From contig JBEPWA010000007.1 in assembly GCA_041690755.1 (NCBI GenBank), forward strand, positions 21,923-85,922: a DNA stretch of 64,000 nt. Reading direction: 5' to 3'. The notes under the pieces are model-generated. The model was given only the letters and a program-made list of their open reading frames with translations. It ran no database searches and had not been told where the DNA came from. This stretch comes from Gemmatimonadaceae bacterium. Lineage in GTDB: Bacteria; Gemmatimonadota; Gemmatimonadetes; Gemmatimonadales; Gemmatimonadaceae. Position 1 is the first letter of the stretch. Each line of letters begins with the position of its first letter. The position numbers and the translations under genes were made by a program. Shown one piece after another: positions 26,569-36,090 of this stretch.

Positions 26569-27452
26569 CGCGGGCCGCACTGCCGAATGAACCGGTGCTC
26601 CTGTCGTCGCCCTTTCGCCTGATGATCAAGTGTCCCGATGCGCCGGGCATCGTGGCCGCCGTCACCGGGTTTCTCTACGAGCTGGGCGCGAACATCGTCC
26701 ACGCGAACCAGCATTCCACCGATCCGCGCGACGGAAGCTTTTTTCTCCGCCTCGAGTTCGCGCACGATGGGCCGTTGAGCCGCGAGTCATTCGCCGACGG
26801 ATTTCAGCCGGCCGTAGCCGACAGGTTCGGCATGCACTGGTCGCTCACCGACGGCCGGCCGAAGCGGCTCGCCCTGCTCGTGAGCCGCTTTGACCATTGT
26901 CTCGTTGACCTGCTCTGGCGCTGCCAGGTTGGTTCGCTCAATGCCATGGTGCCAATCGTGGTGAGCAATCACGCGGACCTCGAGCCGCGGGCGGCGATGT
27001 TCGGCGTGCCGTTTCGCCATTTGCCCGTGTCGAACGCCAACCGCGCCGAGCAGGAAGAGGCGTTAGATGCGCTGTTGCGAAGCCACGCCGTTGACGCCAT
27101 CGTGCTCGCGAGGTACATGCAAGTGCTGTCGCCCACCTTCGTGGCGCGCTGGCCGAACTTGATCATCAACATTCATCACTCCTTTCTGCCGGCCTTCTCC
27201 GGCGCGAGTCCCTATGCAGCGGCGTTTCGGCGCGGCGTCAAGATCGTGGGTGCCACGGCGCACTACGTCACGAATGATCTGGACGAAGGCCCGATTATCG
27301 AACAGGATGTGGTGCGCGTGAGCCATCGCGATAGCGTGGCCGACCTGACACGATTGGGGCGCGACGTGGAACGACAGACGCTTGCCCGGGCGATCGAATT
27401 CCACCTCGCGGATAGAGTGGTGGTGCTCGGCAATACGACGCTGATCCTGTAG
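26565..27452 (+). CDS. purU: Formyltetrahydrofolate deformylase
   Basis: N-terminal ACT domain, then LVSRFDHCLVDLLWR, INIHHSFLPAF.GA.PY..A...GVKIVGATAHYVT..LDEGPII.Q. ATG 26565 overlaps the MBL stop (ATGA). Confidence 0.9.
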   Translation: MTRAALPNEPVLLSSPFRLMIKCPDAPGIVAAVTGFLYELGANIVHANQHSTDPRDGSFFLRLEFAHDGPLSRESFADGFQPAVADRFGMHWSLTDGRPKRLALLVSRFDHCLVDLLWRCQVGSLNAMVPIVVSNHADLEPRAAMFGVPFRHLPVSNANRAEQEEALDALLRSHAVDAIVLARYMQVLSPTFVARWPNLIINIHHSFLPAFSGASPYAAAFRRGVKIVGATAHYVTNDLDEGPIIEQDVVRVSHRDSVADLTRLGRDVERQTLARAIEFHLADRVVVLGNTTLIL

Positions 27453-27459
27453 GACCAGG

Positions 27460-29937
27460 ATGGAGCCGCCAATCAACCGCATCAATCTGCTACTGCTGGG
27501 CACAGTCGAAATCCGCGGACAGACGCTCGGCCCGGAAGCGCTGTCCAGGATTCAGCCCAAGCGAACGGCGCTCCTTGCCTATCTGGTCATGGCGGGTGGC
27601 TCCGTGCGGCGCGACACGTTGCGGGCCCTGTTCTGGCCCGAGCTCAACGACTTGCAGGCCCGGCGAGCGCTGAATCAGGCGGTATTTCATCTCCGTCGCT
27701 CGCTGGGTGACGACGCGCTGGAGAGCGGGGGAATGGAGTCGGTCGCCATCAACCCGGAGCGGTTGGCCTGCGATGCGCCCACGTTCGAGGAGCTGTGTCG
27801 CGCCGGACAGCTGGCCAACGCGATGGAGCTCTATCGCGGACCGTTCGCCGCCGGGTTTCACGTTGGCGAATTGCCCGACCTCGAGCACTGGATCGACACC
27901 ACTCGCGCGCGCCTTTCCGTCACGGCGTTCACCGCCTGCTCCACCTTGGCCGCCGAGGCGTCCGCCGAGCAAGACCCGCGTACCGCGCTCCAATGGGCGC
28001 GTCGCGCGTACGAGATCGATCAGGGCGACGCGTCAGTGCGTCGCGTCATCGCGCTGCACGACGCACTCGGCGACCGCGCCGCCGCGATTCGCGAATACGA
28101 GCAGTTCGCGCGCCGCATCGAGCAGGAGCTCGACGTGGAGCCGTCGCCAGAAACACAGCGGCTTGTCGAGGAGATTCGGGCGCGTGCCGAGCCCATGTCA
28201 GGCGCCGCTCCGGATTTCGCAGGCCGGCCGACGCCGATCGCCGTGCCGATCGTGCCCGTGGTTCCGGTGCCTGCAATTGCAGTCGCTTCGGCTGCCGTCG
28301 CGCCGCCGTCGGTCGTTGCGCCGGTGCTTGCGATTCCCGCGCAGCGGCGGCAGTTCAGGCGCCGCGTTTCAATGCTCGGCGCGGGCATGGCCGCCGTACT
28401 GCTGCTGTCGGCGATCGTGGCGTATGGAAATGGTATGTGGCACGCGTCGCCCGCCGACGCCGGCGTGCTGACGAGCTCCAGGGACGCGCGCGCCGCCTAC
28501 GTTGACGGCGAACGCGATCTCGCCGCGGGACGCTTCGAATCGGCCGTCGAAGGCTTTCGCCGCGCCGTGGTGAGCGACTCAAACTTCGCCATGGCGCACT
28601 ACCGGCTGAGCATCGCCGCCAACTGGACGGGTGAATCGAACCTCGCCAATAGCGCCGCGGCGCATGCGGAGCAGCTGTCGAGCGACCTGCCGGCCCGCGA
28701 TCGTGATCGCATTGAGGCGTGGGTCTACTATCTGCACGGGCAGATGGTCGAAGCACAAACTATATATTCAAAAATACTAGCGGCGGATCCCAGCGATTTC
28801 GACGCCGCGTTCTATTCGGCCGAGATCCAATTCCACTGGGGCCCGAGCTTTGGTGCGCCCGCCGAGGCGTCCGCGCCGGCCTGGGATCGCGTACTCGCGC
28901 TCGATCCGGCGAACGCCGGCGCGCTCATCCATCGCTTGCGCATTGCGGCCATGGAGTTCGATAGCACCACGTTTGAATCGCTCGCCGGCCGCCTCGCGAA
29001 ACTCGACCCGTCGCCCGACCACCAGATCGAGGTGCGCGCACTGCGCGCCTTCACCTTTGGCGACAGCGCGTCGCGCGCCGCTGCTGCGGTGGAGATTGCA
29101 TCCGTTGACGCGTTGCGCCACAGCCTCGTGCACGAGGCGCTGCTCAGTGCGCGCGACATGAACGGCGCGGCGAAGCAGCTCATTCCCACGCTGTTCATCC
29201 ATCAGACATTCCCGAGCTGGGAGCAGGGTGAATTCTTGCTTGGCGCCCAGACGGGCGTCGCCACTGGCCACATCGCCGAGGCGTTGGCCACCGTTGACTC
29301 GGCGGCGTTACTGCAACCGGACCGGGCCCTCGAGTATCGCGCGATGATCGCGTCGATCCCGGGTGTGGCGCTGCCGGCGGGCGAGCGCGCCGCCGTGCGT
29401 CGCGCTCTCGACGGCCCGTTGTCGCCGCAGACCACATACAACACCGCGCTGCCCACGCGAGACTATTTGGCGGCGCTCCTTGCGGTGCGCGACGGCGACT
29501 TGCCCGCCGCGCACAGCGCGCTCAATCGCCTCATGGCACGCTCGCCGCGACCCGGTGCGGGGTTCGACACGACGATGTTGCGGCACGTGGACCGCCTGAG
29601 CCGCATTGCCGCGGCCGAGATAGTGCGCGCCGAAGGAAAACCGGACAGTGCCCTGGTGCTGCTGGGCAAGCCCGCGGTGGAACCGGATCGGCGCATTCCG
29701 TACGTGTGGAGTTATCCGCGCGCCGAGGAGCGACTGTTGCGCGCCGAGCTGTTGGCCGAGACGGGCAAATCGAAAGCCGCGTTGGCGTGGTACTCGACCT
29801 TCCCCGACCCGGGAACGTACGATATCGGGTACCTGCCGCTCGCATTGACACGGCGGATCGCACTTGCCGATCGGTTGGGCGACACCGCGTCCGCTCGCGT
29901 AGCGCGAATGCGACTGGCCACTCTCGGGAGGCAGTGA
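27460..29937 (+). CDS. Membrane-anchored SARP/BTAD-type transcriptional regulator with C-terminal TPR region
   Basis: Winged-helix plus BTAD region (LLGTVEIRG.., RRDTLRALFWPE.., YRGPFAAGFHVGELPDLEHWI.., REYEQFARRIEQELDVEPSPET). One TM helix (LGAGMAAVLLLSAIVAYG), followed by TPR-like repeats. Confidence 0.75.
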   Translation: MEPPINRINLLLLGTVEIRGQTLGPEALSRIQPKRTALLAYLVMAGGSVRRDTLRALFWPELNDLQARRALNQAVFHLRRSLGDDALESGGMESVAINPERLACDAPTFEELCRAGQLANAMELYRGPFAAGFHVGELPDLEHWIDTTRARLSVTAFTACSTLAAEASAEQDPRTALQWARRAYEIDQGDASVRRVIALHDALGDRAAAIREYEQFARRIEQELDVEPSPETQRLVEEIRARAEPMSGAAPDFAGRPTPIAVPIVPVVPVPAIAVASAAVAPPSVVAPVLAIPAQRRQFRRRVSMLGAGMAAVLLLSAIVAYGNGMWHASPADAGVLTSSRDARAAYVDGERDLAAGRFESAVEGFRRAVVSDSNFAMAHYRLSIAANWTGESNLANSAAAHAEQLSSDLPARDRDRIEAWVYYLHGQMVEAQTIYSKILAADPSDFDAAFYSAEIQFHWGPSFGAPAEASAPAWDRVLALDPANAGALIHRLRIAAMEFDSTTFESLAGRLAKLDPSPDHQIEVRALRAFTFGDSASRAAAAVEIASVDALRHSLVHEALLSARDMNGAAKQLIPTLFIHQTFPSWEQGEFLLGAQTGVATGHIAEALATVDSAALLQPDRALEYRAMIASIPGVALPAGERAAVRRALDGPLSPQTTYNTALPTRDYLAALLAVRDGDLPAAHSALNRLMARSPRPGAGFDTTMLRHVDRLSRIAAAEIVRAEGKPDSALVLLGKPAVEPDRRIPYVWSYPRAEERLLRAELLAETGKSKAALAWYSTFPDPGTYDIGYLPLALTRRIALADRLGDTASARVARMRLATLGRQ

Positions 29938-29938
29938 C

Positions 29939-30433
29939 GTGCGCTACATCCTGAAGCAAAAGCTCCTCGCGCTGGGCGACGATTTCTTCATCAAGGACGA
30001 ATCCGGCCGCGACGTTTATTTTGTTGACGGCAAGGTCTTTAGCTTCGGCGACCAGCTGTCGTTCCAGGATCTGGAGCGTCACGAGCTGGCGTTCATCAAG
30101 CAGCGCGTGTTTGCGTGGGGCAAGACGTACGAGATCGTGCGCGATGGGCAGGTGGTGGCGGTGGTGCAAAAGCACCTGTTCGCGCTCGTTCATCACCGTT
30201 TCACGGTGGACGTGCCTGGACCGGACGACCTGGAGGCCGAAGGCAATTTCACCGACCACGAATACGTCTTTCGCCGCGGCGACCGCACGGTGGCCACCGT
30301 GTCCAAAAAGTGGTTCAGTTGGACGGACACGTATGGCATAGACATCGACCCGAGCGAGGATCAGATCCTGATTCTTGCCAGCGCGGTGGTGGTGGACCAG
30401 TCCTGTCACCCGGACGACGAAGGGACTCAGTAA
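29939..30433 (+). CDS. LURP-one-related / DUF567 (tubby-C/scramblase-like fold) protein
   Basis: MRYILKQKLLALGDDFFIKDESGRDVYFVDGK.FSFGD.L.F.D..G.EL..I... matches the family N-terminal pattern. A GTG start lies 2 nt after the upstream stop. Confidence 0.65.
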   Translation: MRYILKQKLLALGDDFFIKDESGRDVYFVDGKVFSFGDQLSFQDLERHELAFIKQRVFAWGKTYEIVRDGQVVAVVQKHLFALVHHRFTVDVPGPDDLEAEGNFTDHEYVFRRGDRTVATVSKKWFSWTDTYGIDIDPSEDQILILASAVVVDQSCHPDDEGTQ

Positions 30434-30533
30434 ACCCGGCGCGCGACCGACGCGACGTGAGCCGGTAGCGACCGCGTGACACCGCCGCTCTCCGCCGCGG
30501 CTGCTTGACGCCGGAATCGCCGCGCCGCATGTT

Positions 30534-30552
30534 CCACGGAGTTACTCCGTGG
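30534..30552. promoter_or_regulatory. Perfect 19-bp palindrome CCACGGAG-TTA-CTCCGTGG, 7 nt upstream of the padR ATG (candidate PadR operator or 5' hairpin)
   Basis: Read directly from the sequence. It has the same 8-3-8 geometry and the same 7-nt spacing as the palindrome in front of the second padR (43414-43432). A TTGACG hexamer lies at about 30505. Confidence 0.55.
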
Positions 30553-30559
30553 AGGGTCC

Positions 30560-30907
30560 ATGCCGGCCGACGTTTCGCTGCTCTCAGGTACGCTCGACGC
30601 ACTGGTCCTCAAGACGTTGATCTGGGGCCCGCGGCACGGTTACGCCATCGCCCGCTGGATCAAGGAGTCGAGCGACGAATCGATCGCCGTCGAGGACCGG
30701 GCGCTGTATCTCGCTCTGCACCGGGTGGAGGACAAGGCGTGGGTCGAGAGCGAGTGGGGTCTCTCGGAGAACAACCGGCGGGCCAAGTACTATCGCCTCA
30801 CGACGGCCGGGCGTCGGCAGCTCAAAGCCGAGACGGAGCGGTTGACGACGTATTCCGCAACACTCATTAAACTATTAGCAATGCCGGCGCGCGGCGCCGC
30901 GTCATGA
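30560..30907 (+). CDS. PadR-family transcriptional regulator
   Basis: GTLDALVLKTLIWGPRHGYAIARWI......I.VEDRALYLALHRVEDKAWVESEWG.SENNRRAKYYRLT..G. Confidence 0.9.
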   Translation: MPADVSLLSGTLDALVLKTLIWGPRHGYAIARWIKESSDESIAVEDRALYLALHRVEDKAWVESEWGLSENNRRAKYYRLTTAGRRQLKAETERLTTYSATLIKLLAMPARGAAS

Positions 30908-30917
30908 GCGCCGCGTC

Positions 30918-33677
30918 ATGAGCGCTGCGTGGGGCGGGCTGCACCGCCTGCTGCACGTCGCCACGCGCCGCGGTGTGGCGCGAGATGTGGACGACGAACT
31001 GCAGTTTCACGTCGAGAGCCGAGTCGGCGACCTCGTGGCGCGCGGGCATGATCCTGTCGATGCACGGGCCGTGGCGGAACGAGAATTTGGCGATCTCGAC
31101 GAGTCGCGCCGCGAGTTGATCGACGCCGACCAGCGGCGGTACGAACGGGTCGAGCGTGGAACAACGTGGGAGGCCTGGTGGCATGACGTGCGGTTCAGCG
31201 CGCGGTCGCTGCGGCGAACGCCTGGGGTTGCGGCCGCAGTCGTCGTCTTACTGGGGCTAGGCATTGGCGCGAACGCCGCCACCTTCTCATTGGCGGACGA
31301 CTTATTCGTACGCCCGCCCGCCGGCGTGTCGGCTCCCGATGGACTTACGCGCCTGTACGTCCACAGCGACCACACGAAGGGGCGCTATGGAGCCATTCAG
31401 CCGACATTCGTATTCCCGGCCTACGTCGCAATGGCTCGCGCTCTCGGGTCGCAGGCCGCGTTTGCCGCATACACAGAGGCAGATTCTGAAGCCGTCGGCA
31501 TACGGCGCGCGACCGAGACGCTTCGTGTCGTCTACGCCACGTCCAGCTATTTCCCTGTGCTCGGTGCCCTTCCGGCACTGGGGCGCACGTTTACCGGCGA
31601 TGAGGATAGCATGGGCGCCGGCGTTCCGGTCGCTGTCATCGGCGACGCACTGTGGCATGCCAGGTACGGCGGGGATTCAGCAGTCCTCGGCCAACAGATC
31701 GATGTCGCACTTGCGCGCTACACGATCATCGGCGTCGCCGCGCCGGGCTTCATCGGTCCTGATCTCGACCGTACTGACATCTGGCTGCCGATGGCGATGC
31801 GCCCGGGTGCACCGGGCATCGGCGACACTCCCTGGTATCGCGACTGGGGCGGCGCGTCGTGGGTCAGGGTTATCGGACGTTTGCACCGCGGCACGACCGC
31901 CGCGAGTCTTGCTGCCGCGGCGACGCCGGTGCTCCGCCTCGGTGAACGCGACAACGTCATGTACGGACCCGACACCACCGCGACGGTGCTCGCGGGCCCG
32001 TGGCAGGAGTCGCTCGGCCCGTCTGTGACGACGCCAGTCGAGCGTGCGATCACGACGCGGCTCGTCGGCGTCACGCTCATGGTGTTGGTGATTGCCTGCG
32101 CTAACGTGGTCAATTTGCTCCTGTTGCGAGGCGTGCGTCGCAGGCGCGAAATCGCGATCCGCTTGTCGCTCGGCATCTCCCGGGCGCGCCTCGTTCGCCA
32201 ACTCCTGATCGAGAGCACCATGCTCGCGGTCATCGGAGGCGTCGCGTCACTCGGCGCGGCGGTGTGGGGAGCGTCGTTGTTACGTGCAACGATCCTTCCG
32301 TCAGTGCACTGGGGGGCGCATCCGATGCGGTGGCAAGTGATCGTCGCGTCGCTCGGTGCGGCGGTGGTCACGGGCGTGGTCGCTGGAATGGCGCCGGCGC
32401 TTCACGCCGGTCGTACGGATCTCACGGCGTCGCTCAAATCGGGCACGAGTGAGGGAGGCTCGCCGCGCTCGCCCTTGCGCGCCGGGCTGATCGTCGTCCA
32501 GGCGGCACTGTGCATGGTGCTGCTCGCCGGCGCCGGGTTGTTCGTCCGAAGCCTTCGCGCCGTGCAATCGATCGACCTCGGTTATGACGCAAGCCGTGTT
32601 GCGTATGGTTGGGTGTATTTCCGAAATCCAACGAACCGCACCGTCGAGTTCTCCAACCCGGCACGCTCCCAGGAGTTGACGCAGGGACTCGCAAGCGTCG
32701 CCCTGCGCCTCCGGTCGGAACCAGGCGTCGAGTCAATCGCGCTCGCCTCGTCGCCGCCAATGAATGGCTATGCGATGACGTCGCCGCGATTCGGAGACGG
32801 GGCGCCCGCGCCGAAACTGAACGGACTCGACGCGGGCCTCATCGCCGCCGAACCGTCGTTTTTCGCGACCACGGGGGCGACGCTTGTGCGGGGGCGTCTC
32901 TTTACCGCCGCCGAACAGGCGGATTCGGATCAAGTGGTGGTCGTCAACGAGACGATGGCGCGTACGTACTGGCCGCACAGCGACGCGCTGGGCCAATGCT
33001 TCTTCGTCTCCGCGCGCGATCGCACCTGCACCACGGTGATCGGCATCGCGCGCGACGCGCGTCTCAAGAACATCATCGAGTCGCCGCGCGTCGAGATGTT
33101 CACTCCAATCCGGCGCGGCGCAGGAATGTTATCGCGCCCCGCGTTCATCATCGTGCGGGCGGCACCAGGCCGCGCCAGTCAAGTGACCGACAGACTTCGG
33201 CGGGCCCTGGTCCAGCAGTTTCCGGGCGCCGAGCCGCCGTACGTCACGTCCATGGCGCGAGCGGCCGAACCGGAACTCCGCCCATGGCGTGTCGGCGCCG
33301 AGCTATTCGCGTTGTTCGGCGGACTGGCGTTGGTCGTAGCAATATTTGGCGTGTACAGCACGTTGGCGTACACTGTCGGACACCGGCTACAGGAGATAGG
33401 CATTCGCGTTGCCCTGGGTGCGCGCCGTGGGCAGATCGCGCGGCTCGTCCTTGCGCATGGCATGCGGCCGCTCGTTGTCGGCGTTGCCTGCGGCCTCATC
33501 ATCACCGTGTTGCTCGGTCGGTTCGTTGCATCGATGTTGTACGAGACGAGCGCAACGAATCCGCTCGTCCTCGGGGGTGCAGCCGTCGTATTGTTATTGG
33601 CCGGGCTGCTTGGCAGCCTTGCGCCCGCATGGCGCGCGACACGCGTCGATCCGGCGGTGTCGCTCCGCGCCGAGTGA
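30918..33677 (+). CDS. ADOP-family duplicated 'orphan' ABC permease (MacB-like, two FtsX modules)
   Basis: N-terminal permease-prefix helix (DVDDELQFHVESRV..), a TM helix, MacB-type periplasmic domain and FtsX 4-TM block, with the whole module then repeated. No ATPase gene is adjacent. It follows padR. Confidence 0.85.
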   Translation: MSAAWGGLHRLLHVATRRGVARDVDDELQFHVESRVGDLVARGHDPVDARAVAEREFGDLDESRRELIDADQRRYERVERGTTWEAWWHDVRFSARSLRRTPGVAAAVVVLLGLGIGANAATFSLADDLFVRPPAGVSAPDGLTRLYVHSDHTKGRYGAIQPTFVFPAYVAMARALGSQAAFAAYTEADSEAVGIRRATETLRVVYATSSYFPVLGALPALGRTFTGDEDSMGAGVPVAVIGDALWHARYGGDSAVLGQQIDVALARYTIIGVAAPGFIGPDLDRTDIWLPMAMRPGAPGIGDTPWYRDWGGASWVRVIGRLHRGTTAASLAAAATPVLRLGERDNVMYGPDTTATVLAGPWQESLGPSVTTPVERAITTRLVGVTLMVLVIACANVVNLLLLRGVRRRREIAIRLSLGISRARLVRQLLIESTMLAVIGGVASLGAAVWGASLLRATILPSVHWGAHPMRWQVIVASLGAAVVTGVVAGMAPALHAGRTDLTASLKSGTSEGGSPRSPLRAGLIVVQAALCMVLLAGAGLFVRSLRAVQSIDLGYDASRVAYGWVYFRNPTNRTVEFSNPARSQELTQGLASVALRLRSEPGVESIALASSPPMNGYAMTSPRFGDGAPAPKLNGLDAGLIAAEPSFFATTGATLVRGRLFTAAEQADSDQVVVVNETMARTYWPHSDALGQCFFVSARDRTCTTVIGIARDARLKNIIESPRVEMFTPIRRGAGMLSRPAFIIVRAAPGRASQVTDRLRRALVQQFPGAEPPYVTSMARAAEPELRPWRVGAELFALFGGLALVVAIFGVYSTLAYTVGHRLQEIGIRVALGARRGQIARLVLAHGMRPLVVGVACGLIITVLLGRFVASMLYETSATNPLVLGGAAVVLLLAGLLGSLAPAWRATRVDPAVSLRAE

Positions 33678-33708
33678 GCCCGTTTTCCCGGCCGCGTAAA
33701 TTTCGGCA

Positions 33709-34701
33709 ATGACCAACGCTCTCGCTTCCACCCAGCGCCGTCTCGGCACTACCGGCCCAACAATCCCGCGCTTTGTGCTCGGATGCATGGGCATGTCTGG
33801 CATGTATGGACCGTCAGACGAACGCGAGAGCATCGCCACGATCCACGCTGCCCTCGAAGCCGGTGTGGTGATGCTTGACACCGGCGACTTCTACGGCGCC
33901 GGCCACAACGAGCTACTTATCAAGCGCGCGCTCGAAGCTCGCAGCGAAAACGCATTGTTGTCCGTCAAGTTCGGCGCATTGCGCGCTCCGGACGGTGGTT
34001 GGGGCGGCTTCGACGCGCGCCCCGCGGCGATCAAGAATTTTCTCGCCTACACTCTCACGCGGCTCGGCGTGGACCACGTCGACATCTATCGCCCCGCGCG
34101 CCTCGACCCGAATGTGCCGATCGAGGAGACCATCGGCGCAATAGCCGATCTGGTGACGCAGGGTTACGCGCGGACCATTGGGCTGTCGGAGGTCGGCGTT
34201 GACACGATACGCCGCGCGTACGCCGTGCATCCAATCGTTGACCTCCAGATCGAATACTCGCTGCTCAGCCGCCATCCGGAGTCGGCAATTTTCCCGGTGC
34301 TTCGCGAGCTGGGCATTGCCTGCACAGCCTACGGCGTACTGTCGCGCGGCCTGCTTAGTGGTTCCAACACCAGCGCCGCCGGCGACTTTCGATCGCGACT
34401 GCCGCGGTTCAGCGGCGAAGCGGGGGAGCAGAACCGCCGCATCGTGGAGGAACTGCAGCGCGTGGCGACATCACTCGGCTGCTCGGTGTCTCAGCTGGCG
34501 ATCGCGTGGGTGCTCGGCAAGGGTGAGTTCATTTTCCCCGTGATCGGAGCGCGCACTCGAGCACAACTTGGCGAAGCGCTGGGTGCACTCTCGGTCACGC
34601 TTACCGTCGAACAGCAAGCCCAGCTCGAGACGATCGCCGCCGGCGTGTCGGGCACGCGCTACGACTCGCACCAGATGCGCATGCTCGACAGCGAGCGATA
34701 G
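33709..34701 (+). CDS. Aldo/keto reductase
   Basis: LGCMGMSGMYG, LDTGDFYGAGHNE, GLSEV, LQIEYSLLSR and IGARTRAQL are typical AKR motifs. Confidence 0.9.
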   Translation: MTNALASTQRRLGTTGPTIPRFVLGCMGMSGMYGPSDERESIATIHAALEAGVVMLDTGDFYGAGHNELLIKRALEARSENALLSVKFGALRAPDGGWGGFDARPAAIKNFLAYTLTRLGVDHVDIYRPARLDPNVPIEETIGAIADLVTQGYARTIGLSEVGVDTIRRAYAVHPIVDLQIEYSLLSRHPESAIFPVLRELGIACTAYGVLSRGLLSGSNTSAAGDFRSRLPRFSGEAGEQNRRIVEELQRVATSLGCSVSQLAIAWVLGKGEFIFPVIGARTRAQLGEALGALSVTLTVEQQAQLETIAAGVSGTRYDSHQMRMLDSER

Positions 34702-34746
34702 TCTCCAGGGCTTGCCGCACACTTTGGTTCCCAGGCAGATTCAGGA

Positions 34747-35994
34747 ATGCCTGCTACCAACGAACTGACAATTGATGCCGATCGCCTCTGGCGCACCGTT
34801 GAACGCTCCGCCGAGATTGGCGTTGGGCGTCCGGGCGGCCTGGCGCGCCTGACCCTTACCGACTCCGACCGCCAGATGCGGGACGAGTTCCGCGACTGGT
34901 GTACGTCGTCGGGACTCAGCGTGACCGTCGACGGCGTCGGAAATATCTTCGCGCGCCGCCCCGGCAGCGACAACACGCTGCCGCCAGTGGTCATGGGCTC
35001 GCACCTCGACACGCAGTTCAACGGGGGCCGTTATGACGGCATCCTCGGCGTGCTCGCCGGGCTCGAGGTGATGCGCACGTTGAATGACCGCAAGATCACA
35101 ACGCGCCGTCCGCTGGAGATTGCGATGTGGACGAACGAAGAGGGCGCGCGGTATTCTCCGCCCATGATCGGCTCGGCGGCGTTTGTCGGTGTGCATCCGG
35201 TGGACTGGGTGCACGCGCGCGTCGCCGACGACGGTGCGTCGTTCGGCGACGAACTCAAACGCATCGGCTACCTGGGCGACACGCCGGTGGGCGGCCGCAA
35301 GTTCGACAGCTACTTCGAGCTGCACATTGAGCAGGGGCCTGAGCTCGACGCGCGCAAGATTCCGGTGGGTGTCGTCACGCACGGCTACGACGTTCACGGT
35401 TTCAACGTTGAGGTGGCCGGCGAAACGGCGCACACCGGTCCGTGGCCGATGGACAAGCGCAAGAATGCGCTCGTTGGCGGTGCCATGCTCGCGGTGGCGA
35501 TCAACGACATTGGCTGGAGGTACTACGAGTCGGGCGGCAAGGCGACGGCGGCGCGACTCATTGCGTGGCCCAACAAGCCGGGCATTCTCTCCGACTCGGC
35601 GCACTTCACGGGCGACGTGCGGCATGGCGACCCGGCGGTGGCTCAAGTGATGCGCGACGAATTCATGGCCGCGGTCACCGATGCGGCCGAACGGTCGCAT
35701 TGCGAGATGCGCGTGACGGATGAGTGGCATTGGGGCGCCGACATCTTCAACAGCGAGATGGTCTCACTGGTGCGTGACACGGCGCGTGGGTTAAACATTC
35801 CCACGTTCGACCTGCCGAGTCAGGCGGGCCACGACTCCTATCACGTTGCCAGCATCGCGCCCACGGCCATGATTTTTACGCCGTGCAAGGATGGCATCAC
35901 TCACAACAACCACGAGTACGCGTCCAAGGACGAGAGCGTTCCGGGCGTGCGGGTGTTGTTGCATGCCGTGCTCGCCCGGGCAGACCGAGCCTAA
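34747..35994 (+). CDS. M20-family amidase (N-carbamoyl-L-amino-acid / allantoate amidohydrolase-type, Zn-dependent)
   Basis: ..LARLTLTDSDRQMRDEF..W....GL.V.VD.VGNIFARR.G, VVMGSHLDTQ.NGGRYDGILGVLAGLEV, E.HIEQGP.L, HDS. Confidence 0.85.
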   Translation: MPATNELTIDADRLWRTVERSAEIGVGRPGGLARLTLTDSDRQMRDEFRDWCTSSGLSVTVDGVGNIFARRPGSDNTLPPVVMGSHLDTQFNGGRYDGILGVLAGLEVMRTLNDRKITTRRPLEIAMWTNEEGARYSPPMIGSAAFVGVHPVDWVHARVADDGASFGDELKRIGYLGDTPVGGRKFDSYFELHIEQGPELDARKIPVGVVTHGYDVHGFNVEVAGETAHTGPWPMDKRKNALVGGAMLAVAINDIGWRYYESGGKATAARLIAWPNKPGILSDSAHFTGDVRHGDPAVAQVMRDEFMAAVTDAAERSHCEMRVTDEWHWGADIFNSEMVSLVRDTARGLNIPTFDLPSQAGHDSYHVASIAPTAMIFTPCKDGITHNNHEYASKDESVPGVRVLLHAVLARADRA

Positions 35995-35995
35995 C

Positions 35996-36090
35996 TGTCA
36001 TCCCGAGCGAGCGCAGCGAGAGAGGGATCTTCTATCGCGCCAATTATAGGGCGGCCGATACAAGATTCCTCGCTGCGCTCGGAATGACAC
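35996..36090. repeat. Palindromic-element family, copy C (complete hairpin) exactly filling the gap between two convergent genes; likely bidirectional terminator
   Basis: GTCATCCCGAGCGAGCGCAGCGAGAGAGGGATCTT..(loop)..AAGATTCCTCGCTGCGCTCGGAATGAC. It is bounded by the stop at 35992-35994 and the minus-strand stop at 36090-36092. Confidence 0.85.
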
